IMG/VR virus record: IMGVR_UViG_3300009183_000309
Span: 1-27,441 of that record
Source of the DNA: a virus
Taxonomy: Duplodnaviria; Caudoviricetes
DNA: 27,441 nucleotides
Direction: 5' to 3' (one strand)
This document shows, one piece after another, positions 24,156 through 27,441 of this stretch. Numbering within the stretch: the first letter of the stretch is position 1; each line of letters begins with the position of its first letter. A program made the position numbers and the translations under genes. Below the pieces are notes generated by a model that saw only the letters and a program-made list of their open reading frames with translations, was not told the origin of the DNA and searched no databases.

Positions 24156-25354
24156 GTACTAGTCGCCCATCCTGTGTTATTGTCAAATATACTTGGCTTA
24201 TCCGAGTATGAAATAATTAAATCGCATCGATTACTATATACAGCCGACTTGCTGTGACGCAAGTTACTACCTAACACTATAACACTTTTTGGTGCCCAAT
24301 TGCAATCTTTTAGAAAGAATTTGGGTAATTTTCCTGTTTGTATTCCAGCAACAATAGTGTCGTTATTCAACGGTGAATTGTAGTGATTGTCTTGTATAAA
24401 TGAATTAAAGATTTTTCCGTTTGTATCATTTTGCAATCTAAAATAAATTCCAACACCTTTAGAAATTTCATTTTTTTCCAAAGAAATGTGAAGATTTTGT
24501 AAATTCTTAGCACATGACTCTGCGCTATGACTATCAAATATAACCAGCATTGGAAGACGATTAAGTTCTTTTAAACTACCAATTACATCTCCCAATGAAT
24601 GAGTATTTGAGTTAATCCATATTTTTTGCTGTGTTCTGCTCACTATAAAATTTGTTAAATTTTCGGCATTTTCTTCGATTTTTTTGGTCAAATAGTGGTA
24701 TCTTGTTTTACGGTCTTGAATTAACAATTCGTTAGATAAATTATTGTGACCTATATCATTTATTAGTGCTGTTTGTATCAGCGGATACATTTCTTCGTTA
24801 AAAAAGAATTTTTTGCATTCGGTAGCAAATTGCCATTTCTTGATAATTTCGTAAAAATCGGTGATTTTTTGGTCAAATTCAAATTTGTGCGGTTTAAGTA
24901 AATCCACAATGCCAACAATGTTTTTTTCAGCTAGTTCTACACTAATTAGTTTAGTGCTGTTTACAGTAACACCACCTTCTACAAATTTTCCAATGGATTG
25001 CAAAACTTTTCGTATAGTGCCATTGGGTGCAAATTCAATAAAAATTGCTGGTTCTTTGTCTTTTACGGTTTTTATATAGACTTTTTTAGTAGTATCTACT
25101 GCACGAAATCTTTTAGACCAACTAGGAGAAATTAAGATACTTTCAATCTGTGGTTCGATGGTTAAAAATTTATTACTGTATTGAGTAAGTAATTTTAACA
25201 ATAAACGACTTTGATTTTCGGTGATAAAAACTGGGCTAGATACAGCACTAGTCAAACTACGCAGTACTTTGGAATCTCGTGCTGGAAGATATTCTTCTAT
25301 TGTTGGAGATGTATGCGAAGTTATTTTTAAAAGTAAGTTGTCTACAGTTGTCAT
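24143..25354 (-). CDS. hypothetical protein, 403 aa
   Basis: Long ORF with its own promoter; overlaps the uvsW start by 13 nt. Confidence 0.8.
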   Translation of the reverse strand: MTTVDNLLLKITSHTSPTIEEYLPARDSKVLRSLTSAVSSPVFITENQSRLLLKLLTQYSNKFLTIEPQIESILISPSWSKRFRAVDTTKKVYIKTVKDKEPAIFIEFAPNGTIRKVLQSIGKFVEGGVTVNSTKLISVELAEKNIVGIVDLLKPHKFEFDQKITDFYEIIKKWQFATECKKFFFNEEMYPLIQTALINDIGHNNLSNELLIQDRKTRYHYLTKKIEENAENLTNFIVSRTQQKIWINSNTHSLGDVIGSLKELNRLPMLVIFDSHSAESCAKNLQNLHISLEKNEISKGVGIYFRLQNDTNGKIFNSFIQDNHYNSPLNNDTIVAGIQTGKLPKFFLKDCNWAPKSVIVLGSNLRHSKSAVYSNRCDLIISYSDKPSIFDNNTGWATSTWAL

Positions 25355-25361
25355 ACTTTAT

Positions 25362-25389
25362 ATTATACAGTAAAGATTTTATAAGTCAA
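25362..25389 (-). promoter_or_regulatory. sigma70-type promoter (TTGACT-16-TATAAT)
   Basis: -10 ends 7 nt upstream of ATG 25354; no SD. Confidence 0.75.
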
Positions 25390-25406
25390 CCTTTTTACTG
25401 AATAAT

Positions 25407-26162
25407 TTAATCTTGACGTTCTATATCGTCTTCTGAGCAATATTTGCCGTATTGTATTTCTACAATTTTGCATGGCTCATCAAATGGATTATAAATTCGA
25501 TGCCAATCATTAAGCGGTACAGATAATTGGCTATGTGCGGATAATTCGATGGTTGGTAACCCGTATCCGCCAGGCATGCGTTGCTCTACTGCACACTTAC
25601 CAGAAGTAATATGCCAAAATTCATGCCTAAATTTGTGTTTTTGTAAACTTAAACTACATCCAGGATTGATTGTAAGTTCTTTAACTTTAGTACCGTTTAC
25701 TTCATGCAGTACACGATAATATCCCCAGGGACGTTCAGTCTTTGGTGCTTTCCATTCGTCCAAAATCCAACTTGAGCTGTTGGCTTTGTTTGTTCCGCCA
25801 ATTCCAAATTTAAATAATACATTAGGAACTGTTATTTCAGGTATATTAGATGCATTGCGATCTCCACCGTTGGCAAAGATCAATTCACCGTCTGGAAAGT
25901 GCGCTTTTACTTGCTGAATAAAATGTTTTGCGGAATTATCTTCATCGTCGAATGTGTATACTTCGTCTACCATAGACAGATTATTGACGATACACAATCT
26001 TTCATTCCAGGACATAAATGCTCGTCCTTTCTTACGCTCTAGCCAAGCATCGCTATTAAGTCCAACAATTAGCATGTCGCCTAGCGTTCTTGCTTCCTTA
26101 AAATAAGCAATATGTCCGCTATGTAGCGGATCAAATCCGCCAGTTACTAATACTATCTTCAT
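25407..26162 (-). CDS. cytidylyltransferase-like (HxGH) domain fused to a type II mannose-6-phosphate isomerase C-terminal cupin
   Basis: GGFDPLHSGH, VGLNSD, FANGGDR, NSSS; ERPWGYY...LSLQKH..RHEFW...WHRIYNP...EIQYG..EDDIER. Confidence 0.88.
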   Translation of the reverse strand: MKIVLVTGGFDPLHSGHIAYFKEARTLGDMLIVGLNSDAWLERKKGRAFMSWNERLCIVNNLSMVDEVYTFDDEDNSAKHFIQQVKAHFPDGELIFANGGDRNASNIPEITVPNVLFKFGIGGTNKANSSSWILDEWKAPKTERPWGYYRVLHEVNGTKVKELTINPGCSLSLQKHKFRHEFWHITSGKCAVEQRMPGGYGLPTIELSAHSQLSVPLNDWHRIYNPFDEPCKIVEIQYGKYCSEDDIERQD

Positions 26163-26611
26163 AGTGTAGCATCTTCCATACCAGCAGTACGCAATTTAAT
26201 TACGTTACTCAATTGCCACTGTTTAACGTCCAGGCCTTTAGTAATGCCAAGCCATTTGTTACGCAACAAGGCAAATTCGTTGATGATCTTTTCAAAGTCT
26301 ACAACGTCAGCTTCACCTTCTACAAACTTTTCACAGTCCCTAGAAGATAAAGCTCGTTGATAGTTTTCTAAATATTTACGAAAGTGTTGACTTTTTAAAC
26401 GCCTAAGTTCAATATGCAAGTACTCAAGGATAGCTTCAATTTCTTGTAGTTGACTGAATCGTTGTTCAACAATACCAGGCATGGAAGCGGCCGCCTTTTC
26501 AATATTGCCTTTAATATTCGTGTCTTGACGTGCTCCAATTAACTCATCGTTAAAATATGCCACGGCATCTGGAATATAAGAAATGTCTTTACTAACCTTG
26601 GCGTACCACAT
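26159..26611 (-). CDS. uvsY: recombination mediator, UvsY-like
   Basis: 150-aa helical protein two genes downstream of uvsX; KGLDVKQWQLSNVIKLRTAG C-terminus is typical of UvsY. Confidence 0.75.
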   Translation of the reverse strand: MWYAKVSKDISYIPDAVAYFNDELIGARQDTNIKGNIEKAAASMPGIVEQRFSQLQEIEAILEYLHIELRRLKSQHFRKYLENYQRALSSRDCEKFVEGEADVVDFEKIINEFALLRNKWLGITKGLDVKQWQLSNVIKLRTAGMEDATL

Positions 26612-26612
26612 G

Positions 26613-26843
26613 TTATTCTAACTCTTTATAGTCATTATCTTCGTCTGAATCTTCATCCAAATAATACTCAATAGCATCATCGAGAGTACTGTCAACGCCA
26701 GTAGCACCTTCAAGTACACGATCTCCAACACCAAAGTCTGCTAGTAAATCTACATACCGCTCTGCTACTGCTTCGTGATTTTTCTTATCAATAAACTCAC
26801 TGAATAGAATCCATACATCAGCTATTTGTGTTTCATTCAACAT
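26613..26843 (-). CDS. small acidic hypothetical protein, 76 aa
   Basis: SD GAGGAG; D/E-rich tail; coupled to uvsX and uvsY. Confidence 0.75.
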   Translation of the reverse strand: MLNETQIADVWILFSEFIDKKNHEAVAERYVDLLADFGVGDRVLEGATGVDSTLDDAIEYYLDEDSDEDNDYKELE

Positions 26844-27441
26844 TTTCGTCCGTCTCCTCAGGAATGGTAGTTGTTGTTATTTCAGGTTTGATATGGAATT
26901 TTGCCATTATCATATCTAATTTATCATCTTTCCATTCTTTACGATAGAATTTGAATTCCTCACCAGTCTCTGGATCAATCCATTTGAGCCTGTTGCCTTC
27001 TTGTTTTAGCAAGCCAGCTTTCTCGCACATATCCACCATTCCTGAATAAGGATTCATACCTGTTTCATATGGAATTTTAATCTGTACAGTTTCAAACGGT
27101 TTACTGTAACGAGTTTTCATAATCTTGCAACTAGCACGAATACCCATAACGTCTGATACTTTATTGCCGTCCTCATCCTCTTTAAGTTTGAGTTTTTTCA
27201 TAGCAACAACAATACTAGAAGCGTAAACAAAACCTTGTCCACCACTAATCTTGTCATCTGGATCAAACATATCTTGGCTTGCGTATGTGTGATTTGTACA
27301 AACCATTCCAACATTGTAACTACCAAACATGTTAACACAGTTACGAACTAATGAGGTTAATGCTTTTGGCTTACGACCCATATCCCCCTTCATGTCACCA
27401 GCTTGGAACTGATTAATGTCGGTAGGGGTAAGCAACATACC
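26833..27441 (-). CDS. uvsX: RecA/UvsX recombinase, C-terminal part (5' end outside the window)
   Basis: GMLLT..., GDMGRKPK, TNHTY, ISGGQG..YASS, KTRY, GMNPYSG. Confidence 0.92.
   Translation of the reverse strand, partial: GMLLTPTDINQFQAGDMKGDMGRKPKALTSLVRNCVNMFGSYNVGMVCTNHTYASQDMFDPDDKISGGQGFVYASSIVVAMKKLKLKEDEDGNKVSDVMGIRASCKIMKTRYSKPFETVQIKIPYETGMNPYSGMVDMCEKAGLLKQEGNRLKWIDPETGEEFKFYRKEWKDDKLDMIMAKFHIKPEITTTTIPEETDENVE

Noticed and set aside
2275-25079. Numerous plus-strand ORFs of 60-170 aa in the track (e.g. 2870-3385, 9552-10052, 13743-14114, 20889-21227)
   Set aside because: Antisense shadows of well-supported minus-strand genes; no SD or promoter, and no recognisable motifs.
1-27441. 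Stop-codon reassignment, introns or inteins
   Set aside because: Genes tile densely under the standard code, and the core enzymes show no interruptions or splicing motifs.

Overview
Segment of a large T4-like tailed dsDNA phage genome, probably freshwater and probably infecting a betaproteobacterium (inference). Almost all genes are on the minus strand. From the right: a recombination/replication module (UvsX partial, UvsY, UvsW, gp62-like clamp-loader subunit, primase, gp41-like helicase, and a 192-aa miniature DnaE). It is interleaved with modification-type enzymes: a cytidylyltransferase-cupin fusion, two TIGR02466-like 2OG-Fe(II) oxygenases, a SAM methyltransferase and a half carbamoyltransferase. 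Next comes a late/virion block (two peptidoglycan-binding proteins, Mtd_N protein, YHYH protein, short fibre, 2178-aa fibre-like protein). The first 2 kb holds small genes and structured non-coding DNA. Main observations missing from the ORF track: a stand-alone pqqA (PQQ precursor peptide) transcription unit at 1937-2008, an array of five hairpins with repeated loop motifs at 1-211, two phycobiliprotein-like KCxRD-Y motifs in the giant virion protein, and apparently leaderless early and late promoters. All family calls come from motif recognition by eye; no searches were run.
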